Notes: a model not told the origin generated them from the sequence alone. Shown: positions 11,831 to 26,210, counted from the stretch's first letter. The stretch: DNA of 64,000 nt from Eledone cirrhosa (GCA_964016885.1 OZ024741.1:279496001-279560000); one strand, 5' to 3'. Numbers and translations: made by a program.

Positions 11831-13165
11831 CTGTGTGTATGCATATACCATGTGTGTTTGAGTGTGTGTGTGTAATGAAAATCAGGTGATGATATATTAC
11901 TGAAATCTATAGAAATCAATTTCTCCAACTTTTATATAAAAAAAAAATAGATAATTATTTACTTAAAAGCTCATTTGAAGCAAACACATATCTTGTGATT
12001 TTAATAATTAGATTAAACCATTACGGTGTCTCACAGATTTCACCAAGTCAGTCAATAAAATAGAAAAATATACCATTTTATTTTAGTTTTATTTCATAGA
12101 ATTATTAAGTTTGTATGCCACGAGAAAAAGAATAATTTAGTTTTTTTTTCTTCTTTTTGTGTGTGTGGTGTGTGGGGGGTATTTGCCAGCAATGGTTAGG
12201 TGGGGAGGAGGTCGTCACAAACAGAGTCAGTACTTTAAGTGGAAACTACTGACCCCTTAATCGGGGGTTGGGTTAAGTGGGGTGTCCCGCATCTCACACA
12301 TATTTCCATGCTCTACCACAGGCATGGGCAACTTTTTTTTAAGCAGTGGACCACACAAGATGTAGCTCATCATAAAGTGGGCTGCACTGCTAAAATATTC
12401 AAGGCAATTTTGAAATTAGGCATTCGATTCAGAAATACAAACAGGCTGCAGTTTGCCCATGGCTGTTCTATCAAGTGCACCAAGCGTCCATTTCTTGTTC
12501 ATTAAACTGTTTCTGGCTTAGTTTCTATAGCTCGATGCCATTCCTAACATCAACCACATTACTGGACTGGGTGCTTTTTATCATGGCACCAAAATGATCA
12601 TCTGGCAGGTTGGTCTGGATATTTTTTCATCGTGGTACTAGCACAACCACCTTCCAGGGTGACCAGGTGCCTTTTGTTACAATAACCAGCATGACCACCT
12701 TACAAGATGGAGTGGATGCCTTTTTTTTTTATCATGTCACCAACACAACCAAAGGATTACGGGATATATGAACAATCATATAAACTGGGAAAATTGCATT
12801 TTGATAAATTTATGATTTGTATTAGAAAAACCTTATATATTATGTTGATTACTGAAACATGGAAGTGATTAAAGATAAAAATACAGTTCCATTTGAGCAA
12901 GGTATAGTGCAGCCAACTGGCTAGACATGTCTCATAACATGGACAACATGTGTAACCCATGCAAGCATGGTAAAATAAGACATTAAATGGTGATGATGAT
13001 GATACATATAACACACATGAAGCTCCAGGCCCAACCCAACTGCAAGGCACCTTGGGCAGGTTTCTTCTACTATAGCTACAGGTTGGGTAATGCTTCCTAA
13101 AAGGAATTTGATAGATAGATATATACTGTGCAGAAGCCTCCTCTGTGTGTTTGTGTGTTTGTGTT

Positions 13166-13267
<102 letters not shown>

Positions 13268-14238
13268 TATGTTTATGTTTACACTAACAATTAATGCGGT
13301 TTATTTATGTCCTGTAACGTAAGCAGTTTTGCAAAACAGAGATCAATGATATAAGTTCCAGATTTTAGAGGAAAAAAATTAAATTATATGATTGGCTAAT
13401 CCCATGAAGGTGGTGCCTCAACATAGCCACATTCCAATAACTGAAACCAGTGAAAAAGTAAGTGTAAACTTCTCCACAAGAATTTAGTCATGAATATCAT
13501 AATTTGTAGCAATTCTTATTTTATTGATCCCAGAGGGCTGACCAACCTTTTAACATTAGTTTCAATTCAGAACATAGATAAATGAAACTAAACATCAATC
13601 ATCATCACCATCATTTAATATCCATTTTCCCTGATAACAAGTATTAGGCAGGTCATCACAGATCAAGTCAATACTCAAGCAGTGCTACTGACCTCTCAGA
13701 CAAGTAGGGGGCCTGCATCTTGCTTAAGCATTCCCTCACTCTACCAAGTGCTTAGATAAACCAGGGGCCCCACATCTCACTTTCATGTGATCCATGCTTT
13801 ATCGAGTGCATGTTATCATACCATCAACACTAGGGAGGTTGTCATGTCTTTAACTAAAGAGTCCTCCCAACTCTGGCAGGTTTTCTACAGTTAGATGCCC
13901 TTCTTACCACCAACCATTTTATACAGTGTACTGGGTGCATTTATTGTGTAAATCACCAAAACTAGAGTGGTTGTCAGCTCTTGACACAACTGAAGTGATC
14001 ATCTCAACCTCTTTTTGGCATGATTTCTAGTCAGATGGCCCTCTTACCATCAACCATTTTATAGAATGTACTGGGTACATTTATTGTGGCACCAGTGACA
14101 AAGAAGTTGTCGTGTTGTAACTAGAGGGTCTCCTCAATCCTTTTTGGCATGATTTTTAGAGAGGTTGCTGGTCATAAACAGAGTAAAGCCATCTAGTCTG
14201 ACAGTTTCTACCATAACAACAACAAACAATCAGCTTAC

Positions 14239-14517
14239 CTCTGCTCCAAACCATAGTTGACCAGCAAGGCTTTCCTGCAAAACATCGTCTGGAAATTTTA
14301 CACGGAAATCTCTGTTAGCTCTATCAACATCAATGGCTTTATCCATTATCTTCTGGATAATGTTGAGCACTTTGTCCTGACATCCACGAAGCTGGTTGAC
14401 CAACAGTGTGCAGCGTTCAGGGTCTTTATGACCGTCAAAGCTGTCCAACTCTGCAGCCACCATGTTTAGCTCTTCATCTGCATAATAGAATTGAGCTAAA
14501 AGGGACCGATCAGACTT
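14239..14517 (-). CDS. ZFYVE28: Coding exon of lateral signaling target protein 2 homolog (ZFYVE28/LST2), N-terminal region
   Basis: 279 bp, TTTTCCATTTCAG acceptor and GTAAGC donor. Encodes [54 protein letters not shown]...[25 protein letters not shown], the conserved LST2 N-terminus. Confidence 0.96.
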
Positions 14518-15818
14518 CTGAAATGGAAAATAAAAGAAAAATAATATTAATTAAAACAATAAGACAAATAAATATAAATCCAAAAATAAAAAATAATGAA
14601 CATGGAAAATTAAAATTTCAAATTCTTTCTGTTCATTACTCTTGACTTATGTATGCTAATTAATACACAACTCATTTTTACAGACAGAATAAGTAATATT
14701 CAGTTTTCTTTACCAAACTTTAACAAGACTATGTTGGTGTGTGTGTGTGTGTTTATAGTGAATGCTTAATGGGTTCTATTTGTTTATGTCTTGTAGCTGT
14801 CATCAACCAGAGAGAGAGAGACTATAATTCATAATATTATTCAATCGATATACTAGTAATGAAAATATACAGCATATATATTGTGTGTATTATACACACA
14901 TACACACACACACATGACTAGACAAATTTGACAGTGAAATGCTGTCTTCTGGCATAGATTTACAACACTCAACAACCATCACCAATACCAGAACTACCTC
15001 CCTTGTTTTTTTTTATTGTTTCGTAAATTCTAAATATAATTTTAGTGCAATTTTGTCAGATCATGTTTGACAGGCAGACGAAAAACATTAAAACAAAAAA
15101 AAGCTGCACAATCATTATAATATGGTCCCTCGGTTAGAGTATAACTGCTGTGGTATCTTGGTATCTATCTTTGGTGAGCAAGAAACTTTAAAGCAGACTT
15201 CTTCACTCATGTATTCCTGGAAAGGTCCTGTCAAAAGCAACCATCTCCAAATCTTCTAGCTGGATCTCAAAGCTAGACCAACCAAGCTTATGGATGTTAT
15301 CTAACCATCTAGCATGTGGCACCACACTGGGTTTCCTGCAGATTGGTTCTGTCCAGCAATTCTTTCCTTATACATTCAGGCCATATGTCCATAGTACTGG
15401 AGCTGTGATTTCTTAATGCAGAGTAGTGGCTTTACCTGGAGTGACTCCCTGATCTCCGAGCTATGCACCCTGCTGAGTAATGTTACTTCAAAGACCCTTC
15501 ATAGGAACCCCATTTTGGTTACTTGTATTTGTGATCATATTATTTTAGTCATCAAGATCCATCAGATTAAATCACACTTTTCAAATGTTTCATATCAGTA
15601 AGATATAAAAAATTTTGCATGACACAATTTTTGTTTGCAAAACAAAATTAATGCAATTAATAATCAAATATATCTCGCTGACACTCACAACTTAGCTGTG
15701 AATGTATTGGCATGCTTCAAAAATTACTAGAGGAGAAACTCCAGCACCCCTTGTTGTGGCATGTGATTGAGTGAGAGGGGTGCAACCCCCTAATTTTTTT
15801 TAGTTGTGTGTGTGTGAC

Positions 15819-16030
15819 TTGGCTTAGTGGTTAGCACGGCAGGCTTACAACCGTGGGGTTGTGAGTTTAATTACCGGACCAGGCTGTGTGTTATGCTCTT
15901 GAACAAGACACTTTATTTCACATTGCTCCAGTTCACTCAGCTGTAAAACAGAGTTGCAATGCCACTGGTGCAAAGTTGCATCAGCTTTTGCCTTTTGGTC
16001 ACATGGAGAGGGGAGACTGGTATGCATGGG
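15819..16030 (+). mobile_element. tRNA-derived CORE-type SINE
   Basis: TGGCTTAGTGGTTAG A-box, GAGTTTAATTACC B-box-like, CORE-like CTTGAACAAGACACTTTATTTCACATTGCTCCAG. Confidence 0.75.
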
Positions 16031-18547
16031 CAGCTGCTGGTCTTCCTCAAACAACCTTTCTCGGTGCAAATCCCATGACCGAAGGGGGAGGGCGTGCGTG
16101 TGTGTCACAAGTCACGTTTTAAATTTACACTGTGAAATATCTGTTTAAATTAATCATCAATTTACCTAACTTTGCAACACACCTAGAGATTATTGATGAC
16201 ACACTACACTTCAGTGTTGTGACACAGTTGTGATGAAAGCTCTGTTTTAGATATAAGGAGATGGAGGGGGGGGGGGTATGATGTTTGTTTGTGTGTATAC
16301 ACAATACAAATGGAGTGAAATAACTATGGCTGAGAATCAAATTCAGATTGTGAACTAGATTCGGGTTGAGAGTTTACAACTTAAACCGTTCTTGACATAA
16401 ATCTCAAGGTTTATTTGAATATGCTTTTGAGAGTGAAATCATTTCCCATGACTCAGAGCATAGAAATCAAGGTATAGTGTTCTCCACCCATGACATACAA
16501 AAGTGACCAATATGAAAATAGTTCTTACTCTGTACTATTGTTATTTTTCACACAAAAATGACTATTATCAAGATATTTCTTATTCTGTATTGTTTTACAC
16601 ACAAAAATATCATACCATGAAACTCTACATCTAACCCTTCTGATACAAAGACCACCTGAAACTACTACAGGCTCTACGAGAAAAAACATGCCATATCCTT
16701 GACCTAACTGAATGGTCCTTCCAACCCTTTGTTTGCCAACTTTCTATGGCTGGATGCCCTTCCTATCATCACCAACCACTTTACAGCATGTACAGAAAAG
16801 CTTATACGTTGAAGTTTCTTACTCCCAGCCCATCCCCAACATATTTAGAGTAGATCACCTAATCCGGGTCAGCCATATCAACCCATTTGAAGGTTTATTT
16901 GTCTTTTCTTCATTTCTTTTTGGCTATCATTTACCTACAAAGTCTTTATCAGATTGTCAAAACTAAGCAACACTGATCACAAATAGTCAACTAAAAATAT
17001 GAGCTCTTTGACAAAGAAAACACCCATCCTTGGAAAGAGAGAGTGTGTGCTCTCACACACATACTATTTCCCTTCTACCTACACACAAACACTAGAGTAA
17101 GAACAAATACTTGTTTATATTCATGTCCACTGAAAGGTTGTTTACTTTTCAATTTTTTTAAATAATTAAGAATTTTGAGAGATTTAGCAATGTAACTAAC
17201 TTCCTCATTAAGTCATTGTTTAGAACAATGAAAGTTCCTTACAAAAAATTATGGAGTTTTAATTTAAAGATGAACTCTTAAATATATTTTTTTTTCTTTC
17301 AATCAAAGAACTGAGTGCAGTTTCAAACAGTTTGGTATCAAAATGACTTAGCTGAACATCACCCACATCAATTTCACTAGTTTGTGTGAGGGCTTCAAAA
17401 GGTTGTGGGTCCTGCACATACTCCTTGACTAATCTAGAGAGAACAATTTTTATAAAAAGACATTAATGCACTTTTCTGGTTTATATTGTCGTTTTCTTGT
17501 ATGAGCTGAATGAAACAATTGAAAATACATTGGCAATTAAAATACTTTTCCAGTATAATGGTCCAGATTTTGGCAAATTCCCAGTCAATGATCATTTCAG
17601 AAATATGTAGATTTCAAAGAAAAGAACTCTTTCACCGGATATTGCTTTATAGGAGGAAACATTAGGTCTATCTAGCCATTAATTCAAACAACCACTCCAA
17701 AACCTTAGAGACAGATGTTAAGATTATTTCACTTCTCTTGAAATTCTCTTTTTTCAATTTACATTTTTATGTATCACATATCCAGTTACACATATATTCA
17801 AGTTAACATAGTAAAATACTAGCAACATATACAGTTACACATACATACATTCAGGCTGACATAGTAAAATACTAGCACATATACAGTTTAACAATACTGT
17901 CAGTGACTTGAACATCTGTTAACAAGATTTGACTCAAATATGGTTTTGAGAGGAGGGTAGCACCACTCACTAACTTTGGGAAAGTAAATTACACGCAAAC
18001 GCACACACATATATACACATGAACATTGGATAGAATGCTTTGAGTATTCATTCTGCACACAGTTTAAATACTGTTGAAGTTAACTTTTGCTTTTCATAGA
18101 TTTTGAGAATGATAAAAAAGATACCAGTCCAGTACTGGGTCAATTCTTCCTCACTTACTCTCTCTCTCACACTCTTTCCTTCTTTGGAAGAAACCAGCTA
18201 TGTTCAGACCTGGAGAAGAGATGAGTTCTACTAGGTTTAAATGCCCAAGATCTCCTATGTAATACAGTGCTGCTTCGACTACATCAGGATTTATGAGTCA
18301 TCATCATCATCGTTTAACGTCCATATTCCACGCTAGCATGGGTTATACACATATACACATGCACACACAAGCACATTTATATGTATCTATGTTTATGCAT
18401 ATGTATATGTACAAGTGTGTGTACATGCACATGTGCTTTCAAATGATTTAAATAAGCTTGCCAGCTACTACACGCACACTAGATTTAGAGGCATAAATAC
18501 CCAACATGGATCTCTGATATACTACTACTTTGAATAATAATAATAAT

Positions 18548-19820
18548 GATTTCATTTATTAGCCACAAGGGCCGACATGTAGGGGACAATACAAAGACAG
18601 GGACAGTGGGGGTTTACAATAAGGTCGAGTAAAAGTGCACAATGGCAAGACTAATTTAACAATGAAAATATAAAAATATAAAATAAACTATGCATAAATA
18701 TAACAAAATAAATTCCCCGATAGGGGGTGGACAACCTGGGGTGATTCGGGTACCCCACCAATCCTGAACCACCCTGCGCTTCTAGGGCACCCAGGGAGAG
18801 CACCCCTCTCCTCAAGTTAGCCAGCCTATAGGCGCATGGTCAGAGCCATTCTCGCCACATTCACCCACCTTTTAGCAAATGTACTGGGGGGGCAGCACTT
18901 CTCTCTCTCTCCACCCTCACCCTCCTTTCCAGGTGAAACTTGAAGAAGTTGATGAGGGATTGGCCGAAGAGAAAAGTGTCTGTCTTTAGTCCTTTCAACC
19001 TGGTCCACCATATAATCTCTTTCGCACCTGCCACCAGACAGAGGAAAATTTCCTGCTCTTCCTGACCTAAGGAAGGCGGTGGATCGATCTTCACTATGGA
19101 CTCGGCCGATAGCCGGATTCGTTTCACACGCGACTGTAGCTGTTCGACATAACTCCACAAGTCAGTAATGCACGGACATTGGACAAGTGCGTGCAAAACG
19201 GTTTCGTCGTTCTGTGCGCATCTTGGGCAGGTCCGTCTGACAGCACTTCCGTGCCTGTAGAGTTTATCCCGAACCGGCAGTGCCCCCCGGTAGCACTGCC
19301 AAGCGAGGAATTTCTGGAAATTGTCCATCGTCCCCGGCTAGAAAGTCCTCCGGTACAGACTGGTCAGTTCGACTTCGTCGAGGCCCAAAGCTTCTCCGAG
19401 TGCGTCATCGCACTTGCCCACCACTAATCCTCTATAGAACTCGAGAGTGGAAGTTCCACTGATCGCGTTGCCCGCTTGGTAGAGGGCAGTGAGTGCCTGG
19501 CAACATTCCAGGTGCCAGTCACCCAGTCTCGGTCTCTTCTTGTCCCAGGACTGCAGCTCAGTCAAAGAAACGAGCTGCGGAAAGGCCCGTCTGATAAACG
19601 GCGACCACACCTGTTCACCATTGAGGCAGAATATCTGGAGATGTTGCAGCCTCAACGCATGTCTGCGCATCATTAGCCACGGCATGCCCAGCCCTCTGCG
19701 TAGAGGGTGCTGGCAGCAGATGGACCGCCTCACCAACGGAACTTGTCCCCTCCACAAGAATTTGAAGAGGAGCCGTTCCAACTTGACAAGGCGCGGACGG
19801 GGGCAAGGCATGGCAGGGCA
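18548..19820 (-). mobile_element. 5'-truncated L1/Tx1-like LINE with (ATT)n tail
   Basis: ORFs 19338-19853 and 18861-19328 encode LFKFLWRG...HPLRRGLGMP and a zf-RVT-like WQCYRGALPV...TCPRCAQNDETVLHALVQC. The 3' UTR ends GGCCCTTGTGGCTAATAAATGAAATC(ATT)n; the 5' junction abuts (ATT)5. Confidence 0.85.
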
Positions 19821-19835
19821 AATAATAATAATAAT

Positions 19836-20306
19836 GGTTTCTTTATTAGCCACAAAGGGCTTACATTAATATGACAATAAGGACAGTACAGTGTTGGTTT
19901 TTTTGTTTGAGGGAAAGGTTCATAAAGAGGACTAAAAAATAAACATTTAAAATAAAAACAAATTCTCTAAAAGTAGAGATACCTCTGAGGGTCCCTCTTA
20001 GAGATAGACCACAAAAAGCCATGGTAAGCTTGACCGCTAGGGTAGGTGCCCACTTTCAGTGTCCTCCTCCAATTTACAGAGCAAGCCCATTCACTCAGAC
20101 CATGCTTCCTTCTCTCACCCACTTTCCAACAAACAGGTTCGAAGGTGGCATTTCCTCTTCAGGTGAAATCTGAAAAAGTTAATCAGGGTTTTGCCGAAGA
20201 GGAAAGGGCTTGTCTTCAAACCTTTCAGGCGTGTCGACCACACAATCTCTTTTGTCATGGCCACCAGGCAGATAAAAACTGCCTATCCTTCCTCACTAAA
20301 GGAAGC
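19836..20306 (-). mobile_element. Second, shorter L1/Tx1-like LINE 3' fragment
   Basis: 20100-20306 aligns by eye with 18890-19076. Same 3' terminus, GCCCTTTGTGGCTAATAAAGAAACC(ATT)5. Confidence 0.8.
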
Positions 20307-20325
20307 TGACGATAGTAGTAATAAT

Positions 20326-20499
20326 TGTTTCTACTTTTGGCACAAGGCCAGTAATTATCCCAGTGTATTACTGGTACTTTATTTTATCGACCCCGTAAGG
20401 ATGAAAGGCAAAGTTAACCTCAGTGGGATTTGAACTCAGACCATAAAGGGCCGTAACTTTGCTGCAAAGCATGGCATCCGACCCTCTACCGATACTGCC
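20326..20499 (-). mobile_element. SINE family A copy
   Basis: Near-complete head, core and tail; (AAT)n at 20501-20512 and TAGTAGTAATAAT at 20313-20325. Confidence 0.88.
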
Positions 20500-20857
20500 T
20501 AATAATAATAATTTCACAATCATTATCAAAACACTAACCTTTCATAAAAATCCTTAATAAAACAACACATTATATCTTATAATCCATAGTTAAATCAAAT
20601 GAAGAAAACATGCATAGCAGCCCTTGGCTCTACCTACAATAAATCCCTCTAGTTATGATATCTCTCTAACATACAGATACCATGAGATCTCTAACATACA
20701 GATATCATGATATCTCTTACATATGGATATCATATCTCTGACAAAGATTCAGATATTAAAAATAGAAAAAATAAATAGTTGTGATATTCATATCATTCTC
20801 AAGAGCAATGTAAGTGAAAAACCTTAGTCAGGTTTATTTTATTAGATTGCAAGTTTT

Positions 20858-21073
20858 CACAGTATGTAAGTTGCACATACACACATACACAGTATGTAAG
20901 TACACACAGAATATGTAAGTAGTACACACAGAATATGTAAGTAGTACACAGAGTATGTAAATAATACACAGTATGTAAATAATACACAGAGTATGTAAAT
21001 AGTTCACAGAGTATGTAAATAGTAAAGTATGTAAGTAGTACACACACGGTATGTCAGTAGTACACACTGTATG
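20858..21073. repeat. About 20-bp degenerate minisatellite (ACACAGAGTATGTAAGTAGT-like)
   Basis: About 10 imperfect copies of CAGTATGTAA-containing units. Confidence 0.85.
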
Positions 21074-22828
21074 TCAAACTATTATGGGTGTGTTTAGAGC
21101 GCTCTCTAAGTAAAGGCATGGGCCTTAGTGGTTAGATAATTGAGGTTGGGAGTTTAATTCCCAGAGCCGACGCTGTGCTATTTCTGCCAGTAGTTGTGAT
21201 CAGTAGATGGTATCAGCAATGGTCCAATTTGATGAGTTCCACCCCAATTGGTAAGTGAATGAGGTCTGGGATCTTGATTGATTCGATTGATCTAATGAAA
21301 CTGTTAGAAACAAAATGTTTGTTTCAGATGAAGCTTCTCTGATCAAGAATAATGCTATGCTGATCTCGCATGTACATACAAGTATGCACGCACACACATG
21401 CAGACATACACACACAAAACAGTTCTGGGAACTTTTACTTCTACTGATGACAAAGAAATTTTCTCTCCAAGTGAAGGGCAGATTGCATGATGCTTGTAAA
21501 AGAAGTTTGACCGTTTAGTTGTGAGACATGGGCATTGAACGTGGATGCAGTAGCATGCAACAGCTGAAAAAAAAATGAGTGTGGTGTGCACCACTGGATG
21601 TGTAAAACACAAATAATCAGAAAAATTAGGTGCAAAAGGAGTCAGATGTGGTATAATAGACAGAGAGGACTGCACTGGTAAGGATATGAGATGCAGATGA
21701 ATGTGTCAAGAGATCCAAGTGGAAGAAACTTGCAGAGAACGAAGGTGAAAACAGATTTCAAGAGAGAAAAATAAAGGACTGCAACAAATGGTGAAGCAGT
21801 GTTTTAAGATTCATCTAACTTATGCAGGCATAGAAAAATATATAAAATGATGACAACATACATAACTCCAGATTATACTTTTTGAACTATTAACCTCATC
21901 CCTAGAGATGAAAAAACATTTTAATATTTACAACTTCACAAGTCTGATTGGCTTGATCTCTGTTCTTATTCTTGAATGTGTAATATAGTTTGAAATTAGG
22001 CATCTTTATTTCTAAAAGGTTAACACTGTTTTAATCCACTAAGCCTCCTCCTTTAGTTCTATTTTCTCCCTATGGAGCATTCGGTGATATGAGAGCTCCA
22101 TTCTGCATGGTTGCAAGCCTACTTCCTGACCAACAAGCCTTGTTACAGGCCTGCTCCCCAACTATGCCCATGTCAACCAGGTCTTCCTCCACAAACCTCA
22201 AACAGGTCTTGACAGGTCTGCCTAGTTTCCAGTTTCCTATGCCATTCTTCTGGTTTCCATTTGAGGGAAGCCTCTGCTGATTTGAAATTTGTAGTTTAGT
22301 TCTGGATGTATACATGGTACCAGATAAGAATTAAAATAGTTTGAAGGGCCAGAGTTTGAACTTATGACATTCATGTGAATCAAGTAAATATAGAAAAAAA
22401 CTTTAACCCCCACAACCACCAAACCCCAATAATTGTATTTTATCACTATGTGTGTGTAAAACAATTGATGCTAGTGTCAAGATTACAGTCTCAAATGAAC
22501 ATAGCATTGAATGCAACAGTGAAATATTAAAATTTAATGCCAGAAACACATGTCTACTTGCTAGTGTCCAACCAGCAGACATTAAAACACGAAAGAATGA
22601 AACAACATTTATTGTGGTATAACATCTAACAAAAAGTCAATCAATGTCCAGAGACCTAGATGATGGAAGCTACAAATTCAAATGACTTTATCGAGGAAGT
22701 TTGGCAAGAATTCAGTTGGAATTTTGTCCAGCAGGAAATTTAACAGTAAAATTGTGTGTGTATTGTAGTTGTTATGAGGTTGCATCTCATAGGTTTCTTG
22801 AGTGTTTTTTTATGATATGGGCCCACGG

Positions 22829-22882
<54 letters not shown>

Positions 22883-23790
22883 TGTTAAAGCTTAAACTTG
22901 TGCAGATTTAACCAATCACCTGAGGTTGCATCTCATAGGTTTCTTGGGTGTTTTTTATGACACCCCACCACCACCAGATGTGTGTGTCACATTTCACATT
23001 AATAAACCTTGAGACCAGGAATAAAATATGCATAGTCCTAAGACTGGATCACGGGTCAAGAAGGTCTCTGTATCTGCTCATGACTGCATGTGCACCTAAA
23101 ACCCTTAGTGAAAGCATCATACATACTACAAAGTCATACTCGATTGTGAGTGGCAGGTGTAGTTTAGTGTAGTGTAGCATAGTGTAGTGTAGCATAGTGT
23201 AGTGTAACAGTGGTGTAGTGTAGCACAGTGCAGTACAGCACAGTGCAGTGTAGCATAGTGTTGTCTATCCACCCCATCTTACTTACATTCAATGTCTCTT
23301 CTAAATTATCACTACACATCACTGAACCATTCTTAACTCACTCCTTACTCCTCACCAAGCAATGCAGAACCTCTGCAGCAGTACAAATACAATTCATTAA
23401 CATTGCTACTGTTTATTCATCAATATGTATGATGTATACAGATAAAATATATACATAAAAAACTGACCATTCATTCACAAAGAATGCTTATGTAAAGGTT
23501 ATCATGTATGACATTATATTATGTTGACTAGTAACTCCCCATATCTACTAGAATATTAAATAGCCTGCCAGTTTTTAGGTTTTTGTTTTTGTTTTGTTTT
23601 GTATTTTAATGTTTTACACAGAAGGGAGGAGCAGACCCCATGACCTTTGCATGGTATCTGAGACTGATATATGGTCAGTGTTCAGTTGGAACATATCTAA
23701 GTGGACATCTGCAGGAAAAATATGGATGGAAAGCAAATTCCAGAGAAAAAAGTAGTTGATGATACAAAGGAATCCAGCTGTAGAAAACCT

Positions 23791-23924
23791 GCGAAACAAA
23801 GGACTCTTCAGTTGTGTCAAAGACATAACTTCCAAAGTACTGGTGATCTATACAATTGCGAAACAAAGGACTCTTCAGTTGTGTCAAAGACATAACTTCC
23901 AAAGTACTGGTGATCTATACAATA
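23791..23924. repeat. 67-bp perfect tandem duplication
   Basis: GCGAAACAAAGGACTCTTCAGTTGTGTCAAAGACATAACTTCCAAAGTACTGGTGATCTATACAAT at 23791 and 23858. Confidence 0.95.
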
Positions 23925-24410
23925 AATGCACCCAGTATACTCTGTAGAGTGGTTGGTGATATGAAGGACATCCAGCTGTAGAAAACCTACCAAACAAAGG
24001 GTCAGTAGGACTCTTCAGCAGTGTCAAAGACATGACAAGTTCCTTAGTGTTGGTGCTATGATGAAATGCACTTGGTAGAGACCAGGATCATATGTCAGGC
24101 CTGGGCCCACCTAATGGTCAGACGCTCCATTTAAGGACTGACCAATCTGTGACAACACATCCAACCCTTCCTAACAGGGAAAAACAGACAAACAATGGTG
24201 ATGATGATAACATTCTGGAGAAGAAGGATTAAATAAAATGGTGAAAAAATGAAAGGGTTAAACAATGGTGAAATGATTGATGATGTATGCCAACCTCCTC
24301 CCCCTCCAAATCATTAAAATTGTTAATGCAGATTTTATCTAGTTAAGTAGCCAACATACACTCTGTGATAGGAAGATAAGTAGGTGTAGGTATACACACA
24401 CACACACACA

Positions 24411-25012
24411 CAGTAATCCCCCGCTATATCGCGGTTCACTTTTCGTGGTCCCGCTACATCGCGGATTTTTCTTTGGAACGTATCTAATTTTTTTATTGCG
24501 GTAACCTCGCTACATCGAGTATTTTTCGTTAGAGCATATCTATTTTCGTATCGCGATACGTACGTCTGAATAAAAAGTGTTCAAAATTTAAACTTATTAA
24601 ATAAGTTTCGATGTGATTGAAGTGTATAGCGTAAGGAAGGGGCATCTTAAGGCTGTAACTATAAAATGTTTTTATTTTTCATTCCATATCTGTCTTACTA
24701 ATTGTGTTTTTCTCTAATCTCCTACAAACCCTTCATAGACTGACAGCTAACGTGGTTAGTAATGGTCATCATTGGTAACTAGTGGTACGATGATTGGTGG
24801 AAGTTTCTATACGATTGCTACTGGCTGTTTTTTGGTGTATAAAAACAAAAGTGTGTTTTAATGAGTTTATATAGACTTAGAGCATGTAGGAGAGGTATTT
24901 TAAGGCTTAAACTATGAAAACAACGGTTGTCTTTATGGTATCTATATCACAGATTTTCATTTATCGTGGTTGGTTCTGGAACGTATCCTCCACGATAAAT
25001 AGGGGATTACTG
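24411..25012. mobile_element. Tigger/pogo-like (Tc1/mariner) non-autonomous element
   Basis: TIRs CAGTAATCCCCCGCTATATCGCGG and CCACGATAAATAGGGGATTACTG. TA on the right flank, (CA)n on the left; no ORF. Confidence 0.85.
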
Positions 25013-26011
25013 TATATATATTTGGAGTGACTCGCTGATCCAGTACATCAGCAGTATCCTATTTAGCCCCAATATTACCATATTTGTAATGAAATGCACT
25101 ATATTTGAGTTGGTTAATGCAGAAACTAGAGGAATTTTCCAAAATTATTTTAATATTATGAGGGTATTTGTAACATAACATATGACTCATATGAAATTAT
25201 ATTAGAAAATTTAAATTTAAATGGGAACTCTTTAAAATGGGTAGTTTTGTAAACTATTAACATCTTGTAATGATTTAATAGAAAATATCTAAAAACCTGG
25301 TGGTTAATACAAATGTTCATAGTATCTTAACTAGAGGACAATGTTTTGAAAATTTACAGTATTAGAGTAAAGGTTTCAAATGTTTATGGGAAACAGTCAT
25401 CGTGCTGCGGTTTATTGTGGTACAGGATGTTAAGAGTTTATATTACTTATGAAAATATCCCCTACTTTCAGGATTTCATTCCCACTCTCTAATTTTAGAA
25501 AGATTAAATTATTACTACAGTATTAATTCTCTAATCCACTGTCATAAGATAATAAGCAGTGGTATTTTAAGATAAGGATAATCTATCTCTACAGCTACAT
25601 AGTTATATAAATATATGAAATATAAGGAGTCCATTGGATTGTTGGGGTATGGATGGGGGAAATAATCAATGTATAAAAGGGAGCATTTAAAAAAAAGAAA
25701 TATGGCCATCAGTTGCAATAGAGTATGACTTGGTATTATGTACCATGTTTTTGCTAAGGGTTTGGAGTGATCGTGCAATCAGAAGCTGACACAGACACCC
25801 TCTTAAACCTGGTACCCTTGATGTGACAGCACCGGGGGGGGGGGGGGGGGGCAGAATTGGGCTGGTACTTTATCAACTCCAAAACAATGAAAGGCAAAGT
25901 GGACCATGATGGGATTCAAACTCTGAGCACATAGTTGAAAGAAATAGCCAATGCTCTAATGTATATTCTTGGGTATTTAATATGGTCATTTTACAGGTTA
26001 TTATTTAGTCC

Positions 26012-26210
26012 ACGGTGGTGGATTGGCAGAATGCTTTGCATCATTTAATTATGCCCTTTTACGTTCCTAGTTCAAATTTTGCTGAGTTTTGCCTTTAATC
26101 CTTACGGGATTGATAGAATAAAGAACCAGTGATGCATTGAGGTCGATTTACTTGACTTTCCTCCTTCTCTTCAAATTGCTGGCCTTGTGCCAAAAGTAGA
26201 AACAATTATT
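26012..26210 (+). mobile_element. SINE family A copy
   Basis: GGTGGATTGGCAG...AGTTCAAAT...GCCTTTAATCCTTACGGG...GGCCTTGTGCCAAAAGTAGAAACAATTATT. Confidence 0.8.
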
